Shown here in pieces: positions 21,885-36,495 of a DNA stretch of 38,069 nucleotides. Position 1 is the stretch's first letter. Each line of letters opens with the position of its first letter. The position numbers and the translations under genes are program-made. A model generated the notes under the pieces. That model was not told the DNA's origin and made no database searches. It saw only the letters and a program-made list of their open reading frames with translations. The stretch is from Piromyces finnis finn (lineage: Eukaryota > Fungi > Neocallimastigomycota), in contig MCFH01000119.1 of the NCBI GenBank assembly GCA_002104945.1, forward strand, positions 1-38,069, in the 5' to 3' direction.

Positions 21885-24800
21885 ATACTAAAAGCAATTT
21901 TTAAATTTTTATTATTAATATTATTAATCAAAAAATGAAAAAATAAAAAAATAAAATAGATATACATTGAAAGTATATGAATAATAATAAAAACTTTATA
22001 GTAAAATAAAAGAAAAATAGTAAATAACAATAATAAATTCTTTAATAATAAAAAAAAAATAAAAATAAGAAAATAATAAAAGTGATATAATCAAATATTT
22101 AATTAAACAAATAAAAAAATAAATGATTTTATATAGAAAAGGAAAAAAAAAATACTTTATAAATTGAAAGATGTTTTATTATTTTAATTTTGTTTTATTT
22201 TTAAGATAAAAAAAAACGTTATCTTCATGCCTACTAAATTCTACTCTTTTTTTAAAAAATAAAAAATAAAAAAATATAAAAAAAATTATGTTTTTTATAT
22301 TTTTTTAAACTAATAATAATATAATTGAGATTTTTAAGTTAGTTTGAAAATAATTCTGTGGATTTAATCCATAGGAAAAGAATTTTCAAATATCTTTTAC
22401 ATATATTTTTCCAAAATCAGAAGAAGGAAAGTGATAATAATAATTCTTATTTCAAATTATTTTAGCATTATCATAAAAAAGATTTAATATTAGTAATATA
22501 TGCAAAAAGTAAGGATTACGTCTTCAATAATACTATATATATCAAATATCTCTAAAATACTTAAAATAGCATATCACAAATGAAAAAAAAAAATACAAAT
22601 TCAAAATAAAAAAAGTAAAAAAAAAAGTAATTCAAGCAAAGTTTAAGATAAATCACAAAATTTCTAAAATATATTTAATTTAAATGATAAAAAAAAAAAA
22701 AAGAGATTAATGTAGAAAAATTATTAAAATACTTTTAACAGAAATTTAGAAATTTTTGGGATTTAAAAAATTTTTTAGAAAAAAAAAAAGAAAAGAAAAA
22801 TTCTTCTTGTTGATGCCAACAATGTAAAATATTTCAATATTAGAAAATTAAGCATTGGAATTCTTAACAATAATTAGAAGATCACCCACAATTTAGTATC
22901 CAAATTTTAAAACAATCATTGAAACAATAATATTAATTGTATAATTAAGTAATTAATATCAAGATGAAGGTCATTAATAATAATCCTATTATAGTATTTT
23001 TTTATTATTTTTATTTTTTAAAATGTATTGTATTATATTAAATAAACAAACCACAATATATATGTATAAATATATGTAGTTTGAATAGAATGTAACCATG
23101 GTAGTTCTTTATCATAATTTACATTAAAAAGTTGACAACCTAAATCAACGACTCTTAACAAAAGGAATGTAAAAACATTTATATATAAAAAATAAAAAAG
23201 AATTCCATTTCCTATTCTAATTTAATTTAAAAGAAGATTTAATTAAAAATTTATTAAATATAAAAAATGTATTATTTTTATAAAGTATAACTATACCTAT
23301 CGTTATAATTACATGAAAATACCCTATCCCCATAAAAACTTTTATGGCGGTGTTATTACTAAAATCATGATGATTAATAAGGATTTATTCTACCCATAAA
23401 TAAATATAATTTTTATTTTATTTATTATTAACAAAATATTTACTAAAAAAGCATTATATTTTGAAAATTTTTAATTATTGAAAAACATGATTTGTTTTAA
23501 AATATTTATTATCATTAAAAAAATACAAAATAGAATAATTCTCATTTCAATTCATAAATTGTAAATATAATATATATCTTTATTTAATCATAATCAATTA
23601 TAAGTTAAGAATTCAATTTGTTATTAAAAGTTTTGTAACCACTAAATTGTTATTACAATAAATACTTTATTATTAAAGTATAATAATTGCATTTGTCTTT
23701 CAATAGGATTCGATGTTACATTTTATCAAAAGAAAAAATTATTAGTTGTGCTGTTAAATCCTTTCTTATTTTTTCTTCATCATTGACGTCCTTGGCTATC
23801 CCATTAAACTTTTTGAACATTGATCATTGTTGGCCAATAATATAAGGTATTACTATGGGCTGAAGTGCAGTGAGCATGAAAATTTACTATAAATTCTCAG
23901 TTTAATTTGATCCTTGTATTCTTTCCACTCGAATTATTATTTTTATTTTATGTTTAATTATTCAAAATAATAGTTAAATTACATTTAAAATAGCATTTAA
24001 TCCATAAATTCATTAATTTATTTATTGGAACATAAAACCTGTTAAATATCATATTTAAATCATAATTAACATAATTTTATTTCTAATACTCCTTCAAAGA
24101 AATTAGAATATTCGAAAATGCCATATTTTCCAATTTTCGAATTTGCAGAATTTTAACAAAAGAATCAACATAATTGACTGCTCAATGTACAATATTTCAA
24201 TCAATAATAATTAATGTAATTAAAACAATTAATATATTAAAATAATGAATTTAAATAAATTATATTATACAAGTAATATATAGAGTAATATAAATATTAT
24301 TTTGTTGAATATTAAATATTTTATAATTATTAAAAATAATAAATATCATTTTAAACTTGAAATGATTAAAAGTCACCTATGAAAGTTATATTTAATTCAA
24401 GTGAACGTCTCAAAATCCGACCCACATGTTTAATTGTACCTGTCAGGAAGGGGGATGTCTGACCCTGACAAAAAACAAGAATCTTTTCTAAATCATTTAT
24501 AATGTTGTATATAAACTATGAATGAAGAACTATAAAATTATAAAACTAAAAATATTTATAACATTTATTTTATAATATTCATTTTAATTTTTATATATAA
24601 TAATATAACTATTTTTTATTATTTTTTTATTGGAATTATACTTTTATTGTCAAAACTTTTTATATTTTAAATAATTCTTTAAAAACTGCTATTTAAAACC
24701 AAATTGAAAAATTATTTTTATTTAAAAGAATTATTTATTATACAAAAAATAAAAAAGTATATATATTTATAAAATAAAATATAAAGAATACAGTTTCATA

Positions 24801-26791
24801 TATCAATAAAAAAAAAAAGGGAATAAGAATATGAAATAAAATAATTAATTTTATAAAGTCAACTTCTTTTTAAAATTAATGAATTATTAGTTAATGTGAG
24901 TTTATTTTATTTTAAAATAATATTGAAATATATAGAATTATAGAATTAGAAAAAGTTATTTATTTTTAAATACTATTTTTTTTATATAAAAAATAACTAA
25001 AACTTTTTATAACAAAAAAAAATTGTTAAAGCATTGATAATTAGTTATTAATACTTATTATTATAAAGCATCATTTCTAAAAGTTAATATGTTTTAATAA
25101 CTTTTTATAAAAAAACTATTACTTAGCCATTATATATTTATTGTACGATCCATTTTTGATATATTTAATGTATACATTTACATACAATAATTTTAATTTA
25201 AAATAAAAACACTACAATTAGGTAATGTAATTTCAATTACATTATTAGGAATAGTATTAGTATCAGTGTCTGCTTGTGGAAATGAATTTATCACAATAAA
25301 GTAAGGTATATTTTGCAATATAAAATAAAATAATTTTATAGATTAACATCATATATTATATATTAATTAATTAATAATAAAAGAATTCAAATTGCTTTTT
25401 TATTAATTACCCTCCTTTTAACTAATAAAAATATTATTTCTAGTAAAATTATATATATTATTTTTATAAAATGATTTGATGTTTTTTGTAATATTTTATA
25501 TATTTTATTTTAGTCACATAAAAATAATAATGATTTGAATTTAAAAAAAAATAATTAAAATAGTAAGTATATATGTTTTTATTTCCTGTTTATAAAGATT
25601 ATTTTCTATTTTCTATTATTATTATTATTATAATAGTAATTAAATATTATTGTTCAATTGCTGTTGTAAATTGTTTTTATTAATAATGATAATGGTAATA
25701 AATTATATAATAAATAAAACGAATTAAAATATAAAAAAAAAAAAATAGGTTATTTCCAAAACACAATTTAATAAGGTTTTAAAATGAATATAATAAAACT
25801 TGTTTTTCGATTTTCGTTATTCCAGTATGATAGAAAAAAAAAAATCATACTACCTATTCTAATAATTTAAATAATAATAAGAATGTCAAGTTTAATAAAT
25901 ATTAATAACAACCCCCCAAAAAAAAAAAAAAATTATTTTTTTTAAAGGTATAAATTTCAAAAGGATAATTATAAATGGTAATATTATTTTATAATAATTA
26001 GTAATAATAACTTTTAGTAAACGTATTTTAATTTTGAAGAAGAAGAAGAAAAAAAAAAGTAATTTCATCTTTAAATTTTTTTTTAAAGATATATTTGTAT
26101 ATAAATATATATAAATTAAATATTATATATATAATATATATAATATTTAATTTATTCTTTATTATTATTATTTATTTTCATTATTTTCATTTTAGAATTA
26201 TAGCATTAAAAACTTTTTTTTTTTTTTTTTTTTTCCTAATGAAACACTAAACTAATAAACTGATTTTATGTATAAAGTGATTTTTTATTATTATTATTAT
26301 TATTTTATTCTAAATTAAAAAGATCTTTCTGGTTAATATCCAATTATTATTAAACTTTAAAAAGACAATGAAATAATAATGAATATAATCATTGTTTTTC
26401 GTTTATATTATAAATAATGTTTTATTTTGCTTTCCTAGTTTTGTAATAATAAAACTAATGATTTTTATTTAATATATATTATTTATTTTTATTTAAATGA
26501 TTATTAAAAGAGATTTTGTTATAAAATTATTAATCTTTTAAATGATTTTTCTTCTATTTATTGAAAGCTACTCAAAAAATTTATAAATATAGCCAAAATA
26601 ATAAATAATAAGATGCAAAAATAATAAACTTTAGTTTATGGAATGTTATGTATATAAATATAAATATTCTAAAAATGAAAAAAAGATTTTATAATTTGGT
26701 TTTTTTTTTTTATATTGGTGCTACCCAATTTTTATTAATATAATGATGTATATATCACTTTATGAATTCTCTCTTTATTCCTTCATTTATT

Positions 26792-29700
26792 CTATTTTTT
26801 TAAGCTTATAATAAAGTTTCCATCTATCATTTCCTCTTCATCTACCATTTCCTCTTCATTATCATCCCAATAACTGTATAAAGATTGCTCACCACACATC
26901 TTATTCAGGGTATCAACAGTATTGGCAATTCTATGACATGTTAATGGTTGCTCTGACTTGCACTCAATATTATGGATTTGCCCAACTTGTAAATCCAATG
27001 ATAGTATAGGATCAAACATGGGTATGATATTAACAAAATTTCGTATTAATTTATTTAATTCAATGCCATAAGTTTTGTAGGAATAACCTAAACCAGGGGA
27101 CGAAAAAGTAATAGCAGGAATATCTAAATGAGCTGAGATAACACCAGCTACACCACCACCAAGAGAATGGCCAGTAAGATACAAAGTATAATCAGTATTC
27201 ATTTTTAAATCATAAATATGTTTTTCAACATCAACCCAATATAAAAGTCGAGAATTTGTAAATTGTTTTACAATAAAATTAACTAATGAAGCGACAAATT
27301 CTCTCGGCCAGTATTTTATAAAGGTTCCAAAAAAGCCGAATAATTGAAGCAAAACAGACGCACTCCAAATATAAATATCTTGAAAAATATCTTCAAAGGT
27401 AGAAGTTCCTCTAATTGCAACAACAATAATTTTTTTTTTCCTCATTAACAAAATCGATGAAATGAACACCGCCTTTTGAGTGAATGCTATTATCCCCTAT
27501 AATAAAATTATTATTAGAAGATTTTGGTCGATTATACAACCAAAAATGGAACACACCGTCAATTGTTTTAAAATAGCAGGCTTGAGCTAATGATGAAAAT
27601 TCATTAATAGTAATACCATCAATATTCCATTGACAAATTGCTGGTTTTTGATTATAAATATTAGGACTATCTAAAAATGGTACCGTTTTATATTTTCTTG
27701 AATGGTCTAGAAATATACTAATTAAAATAGAGGCAATGATTACTATTATGGTTACAAATAAAATTGCATAACCATTATGACGTGCACGAGCATTCCGTTT
27801 ATATTGTGTTTCTGTTGTAGCCGTCTTATAGAGTTGTACCGTAGGTTCCTTCCTATTGTCATAGGTAATATCATCATATAAATCATTGGTATATTCATTC
27901 CCCTTCTTCCCTTGATTAAAATATATATTATTATATGAACAACTTTCATGGTCCTTTTTCATTGGAATAGCATTAGGTGATGGTGTATACTTACCTTCCT
28001 TACCTAATACATCATATAAATTTTCATTTTCATGGTCATTATATACCAGTGAAATATCCATGATAGGAATATCTTTTTTCGATTTTTTACTAATGAAACC
28101 TTTCCTTTTATCAAAATGCTTATAGGATATCCTTGGTTGAATATTAATATTTGGTTTGAAAAGATCAAGAAAGGTTTTTCTTTCAACATTTTCATCATCC
28201 CATGTATTTCTGGGATCAGGATAGATGCTAAAGTTTGAATAAGCTATAACAATAAAAGCCATTGGTATATAGTTATTTGTTATGGTAATACGAATAATAA
28301 TAACCAGACAAAACTCGAATATTAATAGTAAAATAAAAATAATTTTCCTTATTTTCATGGACATAAAACCAGAGCTCGCTGGAATTACTTGAATGACATC
28401 TTGACCGAGTAATGCTATCAAAAAAATTGAATGCGTAAAAATGTCAACCAAAAGACTATTCGTTGTTTTGACATTTGAACTATCAATGTTATTAGAATAT
28501 TTATAGTAATTTAAAAATGCCATAGAACCAACTCCTATAATATTCTTTATGAACCGAACAAAGAAAACGGTTAAACATCCCTTCCATAATTTAAAATTTT
28601 CCTTATTCCAAGGTAATATAGCTTCAATATTCTTATCATCAGTATTCATTGTAGTATTAAAATTGTCATTTTTGTTATCTATGTTTTCAACGTCAAATTT
28701 AATATTTCCATTCTCACCTCCTATACATTCACTTTTATTATTTATCCTATTTGTATTTGCATTATTATGCAAACTATTATATATGTCATTATCATCACCA
28801 TTAGAATCAAAATGTATACGATCTAAATTATTTTCTTTTTCTACAAAAGTTTTTAAACAATTTTCCTTGTTATTTTCTACAGGATCATCATTAATTTTTT
28901 TTATATTTTTAATATTATTTTGATTATAAAAGTATTGTATGAATTTTTCTCTACTAATGATATATTCCTTAAACGCTTCATTGACTTGTTTTCCTATCTT
29001 TAATTTATTATGTAGATCATTGTTCTCAAGTTTTCTTTTTGGAAAAATCTTCATTTTTACAATTAATCTATGAACTTTATTTCTAAAACGAACAGGAATA
29101 AGAACTAGAATTATTCCAAACAAAAAACTTAATTTTTTTACATTTGAATCAAAAGATCCAAAAAAAAAAGAAGCGATTGAAATTCCTACAAACATTTTAA
29201 TTAAATGATCTAATACATAATTAATATAATTAGTATTAAATTTAAGCTTATTTGTATTACAGTATACTATTCTAAGATAACTTGTTTGATTATAAATACG
29301 ATCTTTAATATCTACAAAAGATGGTGCATTATAATAGTATTCGTCTAGTCTTTTAAAAAACTTTAAATATAAAATACCACGTGAAAAAAAATTTAAACTC
29401 AATATCGTAATGGCACCACCACCAACAAACATTAGGCAAACAATTTCGGTGATCTTCCAATAACCAAAACATATACTAATTAATAGGAATGGAAGATGTA
29501 GTATAAATATAAATATTACAAATACTGTCATATTAACTTTCTCATACCAGTCCTTTGGGTGTGTTTTATATCTATCAGGAAGAGTCATGTAGGTAAGTTT
29601 TTGACTTATGAAATAACCTAGTACTCTTTTAATAAAAATATCATTCATGGATGAACCAAATTTACTATTTATTATCGTACGAATTAATCTTAAATATGTT

Positions 29701-30507
29701 CTCCAAATTGATCTATTAATTTTGTATAAGGAATCAAAATAATACATAAAAAATAACATTTGTACAAATGAATTTATTTTATCAATTTGAACACAAACAT
29801 AACCAACATTGATTGTAATACATAGCAAAATTACAGTTAATAATATAATACCAGCTGTTGCAAATACGCCTATCAATATTTTTAGGATTCCAATAATTAT
29901 ATTATATCTATGCAATCGTACATCTGGACCACGAGGACCATTTATCACATCATCAAAAATACTGGGTATAAATAAATTTTGAATATCCTCTTTGATAAAT
30001 TGATCTCTTGAATTATATTTACTATTAAATTTTATTGAATCGGATTCACTATCTTCTGAATTATTTTTTACGAAAATGTCTATTTTATCACCATCAAAAT
30101 TATTATTATTATTTATATTATCAAATGTATCATTGGTATTCAAAGCATGGCTTCCTTTTTCAATTTTAATATTATCATTAGATAAAGTTTCATTATTAAA
30201 CTTTAAATTTTTTTGTCATTTGTAATATCATTTTCGTTTATAGTTTCTTTATCTTTCTTCATTTCCCTCTCTTCAAGTATAAAGTTACTCTTATTTCCAA
30301 AGTTTATATTCTTTTTATAAATCATATCTTCATTTCTATTATGTTCATTCCTATTATCTTTACTCCATTTATATATTTTGCGTCTTCTTTTATATATGAA
30401 GTATCAATTTCATTCTCATTCTCTAGTGTATTTATTTTCATAATCCTATCGTCCTTGTACTCTTTTTCAGTATTATTATGGCACTTGTTGTTGCTATTCA
30501 TATTCAT
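26792..30507 (-). CDS. Intronless multi-pass membrane protein with C-terminal class-3/Atg15-like lipase domain (about 1240 aa if three homopolymer frameshifts are corrected)
   Basis: ORF pieces 30322-30507, an unlisted piece of about 30360-30210, 27411-30143 and 26792-27469 join through 1-nt shifts in A-runs (about 30359, 30208-30214, 27430-27439). About 10 hydrophobic segments precede VVAIRGT, TGHSLGG (27158-27172), ITFSSPG, FDP and TCH. Confidence 0.8.
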
Positions 30508-30647
30508 ACTTTTATCGTTGAGATAAATTTACAACATCACTTTCGGCGGTAAATATTTTTATAAATTTTAATAAATACTAAAACTTTTTTAATAAAAAAA
30601 AAGAAAGAAAGAGATAATTAATAAAAATGAAAATTGTTTCTTTATAT

Positions 30648-30657
30648 ATTTTATTGG
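30648..30657 (-). promoter_or_regulatory. Extended CCAAT box upstream of the lipase gene
   Basis: TAGCCAATAAAAT on the minus strand, about 140 nt before the ATG at 30507. It is an identical 13-mer to 3520-3532. Confidence 0.4.
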
Positions 30658-32779
30658 CTAAAATATTAAAGTTTTATGAATTTCTTATCTTTTTCTGTTT
30701 TTATTATTTATTTGTTTGTTTGTTTGTTTGTTTGTTTATTATATTTATTTATTATATTTAAATATACTTTTATATTTATGTAATAGAAATATTTAAAAAT
30801 AGTTGTATTGTACCTTAGAATAGTAATAATTATAGAGTAGCCTTTTTTTATTTATTTATTTTAATTCTCTTTCCAGCTTTTGTATCTTTATAGTAGTAGG
30901 AATTATAGAATATATAAAATGTCTTTTATATCCATAGGAGGAGAATGAACATTCTTCCACCCACAAAAAACTATGTAAATACGGAAGATCCAATTAGAAT
31001 GATGATTTAATATAAAAAATGAAAATCTGTGGTGGATTACTATGATTTAATATATTGACATAATATTATCATTTATATTTATTAAAGTTTAATTCCATGC
31101 TAAATTTATTATTTTATATTAAAAAAATGGTTATCTACAAACTCTAAAAGATAAAATAGGAATTAATAATAAAATGATGAATTGAGTTTTATTCATTCCT
31201 CTTTCAAATAATAAAGCAAAAAAAGTATAATTTGCAATGTTCAATAATCTTTATTTCTTCTTACTATTTAATATTAATTCATTAATGTCAAAATTATTAT
31301 TTAGTTCATTTAATTCAATCTTTACAGATTTTTCTTTTTCTTTTTTTTCTTTTCTTTTTTTTTTTTTCACCAATCAATATCAAAATTTAATTTTATTCCA
31401 TGTAATGTTTTAATGTACGTAAAATTATTTATATATACAAATAATAAAGACTTTTTTTTATTATATAGAATTTTTAAAATAGACAAATTTTCTTTTAGAA
31501 ATTGTCTATTCTTTAGTAAATAGTAATTATTATCCTTCTTATTTTTAAATATTCAATAGTAAAATTATTTTTTAATTATTTATTATAACACTTTTATTAC
31601 AAGGCAAGAGAAAAATTTTACTTTTTTCTAAACAACTACAAATAATGAATAAATTTGAAAATTTGAATGTAACCATTTAATATATGTATTAATTTAAATT
31701 AATATATGAGCCAATTAATTCATTTTTCCAATTAAATTAATATTTCACAAATCAAAGAAATTCTCCTCCCAAAAAAAAGAGTTTAACTCTCAATAAAATC
31801 TTTAAGATATTTTTCAATATTATAATATTAAGAAAGTGACTTAATATTTTTTGTTAAGTCAAGTATTTTCCTTTTAGTTTTTGATGCATTGAGGGTAATT
31901 GAACAGAATCTTTTGAATCCATATGGATAATAGTTTTTATCTCTTTACTAGAGTTTTGGAGGTATCGCTGTTATCCCAATTAACTCAAGTTCAAATGACA
32001 AAACAGCATAGTAGTTATTAGAAAGAATGAAAAAATATTAGTTTTCATATATAGCATGACTATTAGATCTTTCTAGATCTTTTAAATCACCTTTTTTTTT
32101 AGCAAGAAAGAGAATACTTCTACTTTATTTAATTTATTAAATTTCATTAAATTAAGTAATAATACGAATGATAATTAATGATAATATTAATATAATTATA
32201 TATAAATAAATTATAAATATAAAAATAAATATAAAATTATTCTGGTTGCATAATAGTTTGATGAATTATGCAAATAAGTAATTGATGATTTTATTCCATA
32301 AACTTCGATATATTTGCTTTTCTAAGTCTTTGTTTGTTCCTAACATCACTATTAATTTTGTAGAAGATGAATTCATTATAATTTATACATTAATTAGAAT
32401 CAGTTAAATTTATAATTAATAAAAATTATTAGTTTTTCTTATCTGACACTGACATGAAAGTAAAACCATTATTACCATAGCATTCTTTTAATATTACAAT
32501 GACATTTATATACATTAATATTATATATCCTTTAATACTCTTAAATATCTTCCAATTGTTTTATTAATATTATTTTTTACTTACTCATGTTTAGTATATA
32601 AAATGATTAAATTCTAATTTATTAATTATAAATTGAAAAATGACACTTTTAAATTTCATATTATGAGTATTTTCTTTTTTGATTTTTAATAAAAAAAAAC
32701 GAATCTATAAAATTTATCAGTCGTTATTATCATTTATATTTATTATTTATATTATATATTAAAAAGCGCTTAAAAGATT

Positions 32780-33815
32780 TTATTATTACTTTAATATTAA
32801 ATCTGTTCCTTTTCATTTAAATATTTAACTATCTACATAATGTATTGGTGTCATGTCATTACTGAATATAATATTATTTTTCATTTTATTAAATGTTTTA
32901 CTCTTGTTTCATTTCCTTATACATGCATAATGAATAATGTCCAACCTTATATTTGTTTATATAGTTATATATTCTTTCAGTAAATATATTTATTATTTTT
33001 AACAAATAATAATGGTATTACTCTGAAGATTCAATATATGTATATTTCATTCTATGATAGCTTTACATAAAATTATAAATTTCATTTTCTTTATTTAAAT
33101 AGTTTTCATTTTTTACTACCTTTTTTCTATTGCTAAATCCAAAGGTTTTTCCATTATCATCTGAATATATATATTTCACATCAATTAAATATTTGCTATA
33201 TCATAATTTTCATCATCAATACTGCAAAATGAAGTAGAATTTGTCCATTATTATCTTAACATTTAAATTTGTACCATTAAAATTAAATAATTCATTAAAT
33301 TTTTATTTTTTATTAAATATGTATATTGTAGTGGAGTAAATCCATTTTATTACTAATATTTGTATATGCATTATTTGAAATAAATACTTTGTAATATTTT
33401 CATTGTTCTTTTACATCAATATGTAATGGCGTATCATTTCATTATACTTATATTATATATACTTATTACAATTAAATATTTACTATATTAATATTTTCAA
33501 TTTTACAAGCAATGTGCAATGGTTATCACTATCATTATTGCTTATATTTTATAGGCCTCATTATTAATTAGATACTTCACAATATTTTCATATCCTTTTA
33601 TGCAAGCATAACGAAATGGAGTCCATTTGTTATTATCTTGTTTGTTGATATCTATACTTCTTTTTCCATTATCCATTAAATATTTAATAATTTTGACATT
33701 TTCTTTTTATGCCTTATGTCCATCCTTGTGTTTTGAATATTGATATCTCATTATTAATTAAATATTTCACAATATCTTCACTTCCTTTTTTACATGCATA
33801 ATGAAAAAGAACATT
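32780..33815 (-). pseudogene. Decayed ankyrin-repeat gene
   Basis: Fragmented repeats FHYACKKGSEDIVKYLI, DINKQDNNKWTPFRYACIKGYENIVKYLI, NDTPLHI, GFTPLQY and DMTPIHY, with many frameshifts and stops. Boundaries are approximate. Confidence 0.75.
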
Positions 33816-36093
33816 TATAAAAATCAAATAATAAAATACTTTAAAATTGTTACTGCATTTTTACATGTATTATATGTATTATATAATTTTATAACTTTTA
33901 TTTTATATACATTTTTTTAATATTATTACATTTGTAATTAAAAGATATTTGAGATAAAACATATATAATTATTTTTCTATATATTAAATATAATAAAAAA
34001 TTTATTATGTAATTGTATATAAAAAAAACGAAAAAGTGTCCTAGACTTTTTTGATTAATTTTTTTTTGCAAGTCTTATTTAATATTTTTGTTAATATTAT
34101 TTATTAATAACACTAATAAAAGATAATTACAAAGTACATAAATAGTTCATATATTTATTCTCTATTTATACTAAGAATTGTGACGTATAATTTAATACGA
34201 GAATATTCCATGACTAGTTTTAGTAGTATTACATAATTCTATTCTACATATTTCTAGATTTAAGTTAAATTATTAATGTTTAACTTTAACTATTTTTAAA
34301 TAGGTATAAATATATTTTTAAATCAAAATTTTTTTTTATAATTTACTATTTTGTAAAATCAGGTTTAATAACAGTTATTAATTATTGATACTTTTGCATT
34401 ATTTTATAATTGAACTAGTATTTAAAAAAACTTTACAATTAGGGTAAATACTAATAATCGAATTTGGAAATAAATGTAAGGAAATAGTTGGTCATTTTTA
34501 AATTTTATATATTCATTAAATATTAAGTTAATTTAAAATTATTTCAATATTGGCCTTTTTCTTGCTTCCAAATATCATTTATGTATTTATTTTTTTATAT
34601 ACATTATCTATTAAATTAATAAACCCAAAAAGTATACTTAATTCAAGCACAACAAATATGAAAAGTCATATTTAGAAATGAATATTCATTTTATTTTTAT
34701 TTAACTTTAATATATTTACCAAATAAATATATAAAAAAGAATTATGTATATAATATTATTAAATTTGATTTTTGGATTTTCATTTTAAAGAAATAGTTAT
34801 ATTTATTATTTTTTTATCATTGTATTAATTAATTATATTTAATACCTTTAATTATGAAATATTTTATATAACTGATATTTAAATTTGTTAAAACTATTCT
34901 ATTTTTTAAAATTAAATATTTCAAGAAAAATAAAAAGTATTTATATATAAAATATTTAAATATTATATATAAATATTATTGTTTAAGTTACACGAAAATA
35001 CCTTTTATTTAATTTTAGAATAATTTAATAATAATATACTTTTTTATTTAAATTTAGAATAGTTTAATAATTTTAACTGAGTTTTAAAAATAGATGTGTT
35101 TATAGTTCAATAGGAAATATATTAAGAATAGTATTGATAATATTAAACTAATTTATAGATAATACATGGACTTTATTCAATTTTGAGTTTACTCAAACTG
35201 AATTAAAAGTATAATGAATTAGTTTTAGTTTAGTTTTGTTATTTTATTATTTAGTTAGATTAGTTTTGTTTATTTTATATTAAATATATGTTTATTTAAA
35301 TAGCATAATATATTAGAATATAATTATGAAAAAATATAAATACATGTAATTTTTATTTGTTAAATCAATGTAATTGTTATTTTAAATTTTGATAATTTAT
35401 AAAAGTAAAAGTTGTGATAAAAAATATTTTTTTATTTTTTTGTTTTCGTGTTTAGTTGTTTTATTGTTAAATATATAATCTGTTTTAAGATTAATATTTT
35501 ACAATAGAATAGTATATTAAAATATATTTTACAAAAAATATAAATATATGTAAAAAAATTTCATAATTAAAACAACGTAATTGTTATTGACTATTATTTA
35601 GTTAATAACTAGATAAAACTAATAAAAAGAGATATTTTAAATAATTTGTTTTCTAGTTTCTTTTTATTTATTTTGTGTTTTTGTTTTATTGTAAAATTTT
35701 ATAATCTGTTTTAATTTTTTATAAAATTTTTACAGCTGCGTACAACTTTGAAATAATATATCGGCCAGGAAAAATGAATGGTAGAGCCGATATACTCTCA
35801 AGGATGGTATCTCCAGAACAAGTACATCTGGAGATGGAAAAAGCTAGCCTCCTTCGACCAGAATAAGTAAAGGAATTTCCACCCATGGAAGAAGAGTGCT
35901 ATGCGGTGTTAGAAGTAAGCTTTGTAGGAGAACTTAAACAAGCTTACAATACAGATGAGCTCGCAAGAGAAATTAGAGAAGATCTTAATGCAAAAAGAGG
36001 CCACAAGCTCATCAAGAAGAAGTGGTTGGAAGTAAATGGGTTGATTGTTAGGAAAGATGCACCTGAACGTATATATGTACCAAAGGTATTAAG

Positions 36094-36495
36094 TGTAAAG
36101 AAATGTGTCTTTAACAATAAAAAAAAATTATAATATTTACTAAATAACTTAGTAATATTTAAAATATTCTGTAAATTATTAATTTATAAAAATATTATTA
36201 AAACCACATAGAATTTAACTTAATAAGTTAGTGTTTAATAATATAATTATTTATTAATAAAATCTCGATTTTTTAAAATATTTGGGAAAATTCACTCGTT
36301 TATATACTAAAAATTTTTTAAATTAATTTATAAAATTTTTTCAACTTAAAATTCTTAACCAATCAATAATCTTCATATAAAATAAAATTTAAAAATAAAA
36401 TAAAATAAAATTATAATTTTTAAAATAGTATCTATGAGGTCTCGAACTAGTGTCATTCAGACTCAAAGTCTTAGCTATTTCTAGTATTCGTTACA
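36094..36495. mobile_element. Solo LTR (402 bp) nested in the gypsy pol
   Basis: Starts TGTAAAGAA and ends TTCGTTACA (TG...CA, 8/9 inverted match). Flanked by direct repeats TTAAG at 36089-36093 and 36496-36500. Removing it plus one TSD restores IYVPKVLRETIIK. Confidence 0.88.

Noticed and set aside
17717-22030. Minus-strand ORFs 17717-17935 and 21803-22030
   Set aside because: Antisense to genes B and C; the poly-Ile stretch comes from an AAT repeat.
22800-24200. Patches of coding-like minus-strand sequence (e.g. YDKELPWL, FMLTALQPIVIPYIIG)
   Set aside because: May be a decayed membrane-protein gene, but I could not build a consistent exon chain or recognise a family.
25197-25302. Signal-peptide-like stretch ITLLGIVLVSVSACG followed by GTAAGG
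   Set aside because: No in-frame ATG and no downstream exons found.
27752-30526. ORFs 27752-27949, 28004-28198, 28549-28923 and 30341-30526
   Set aside because: Alternative or antisense frames inside the lipase gene.
31930-32010. Minus-strand AVLSFELELIGI, reminiscent of an FKBP C-terminus
   Set aside because: One short motif with no other FKBP motifs and stops nearby.
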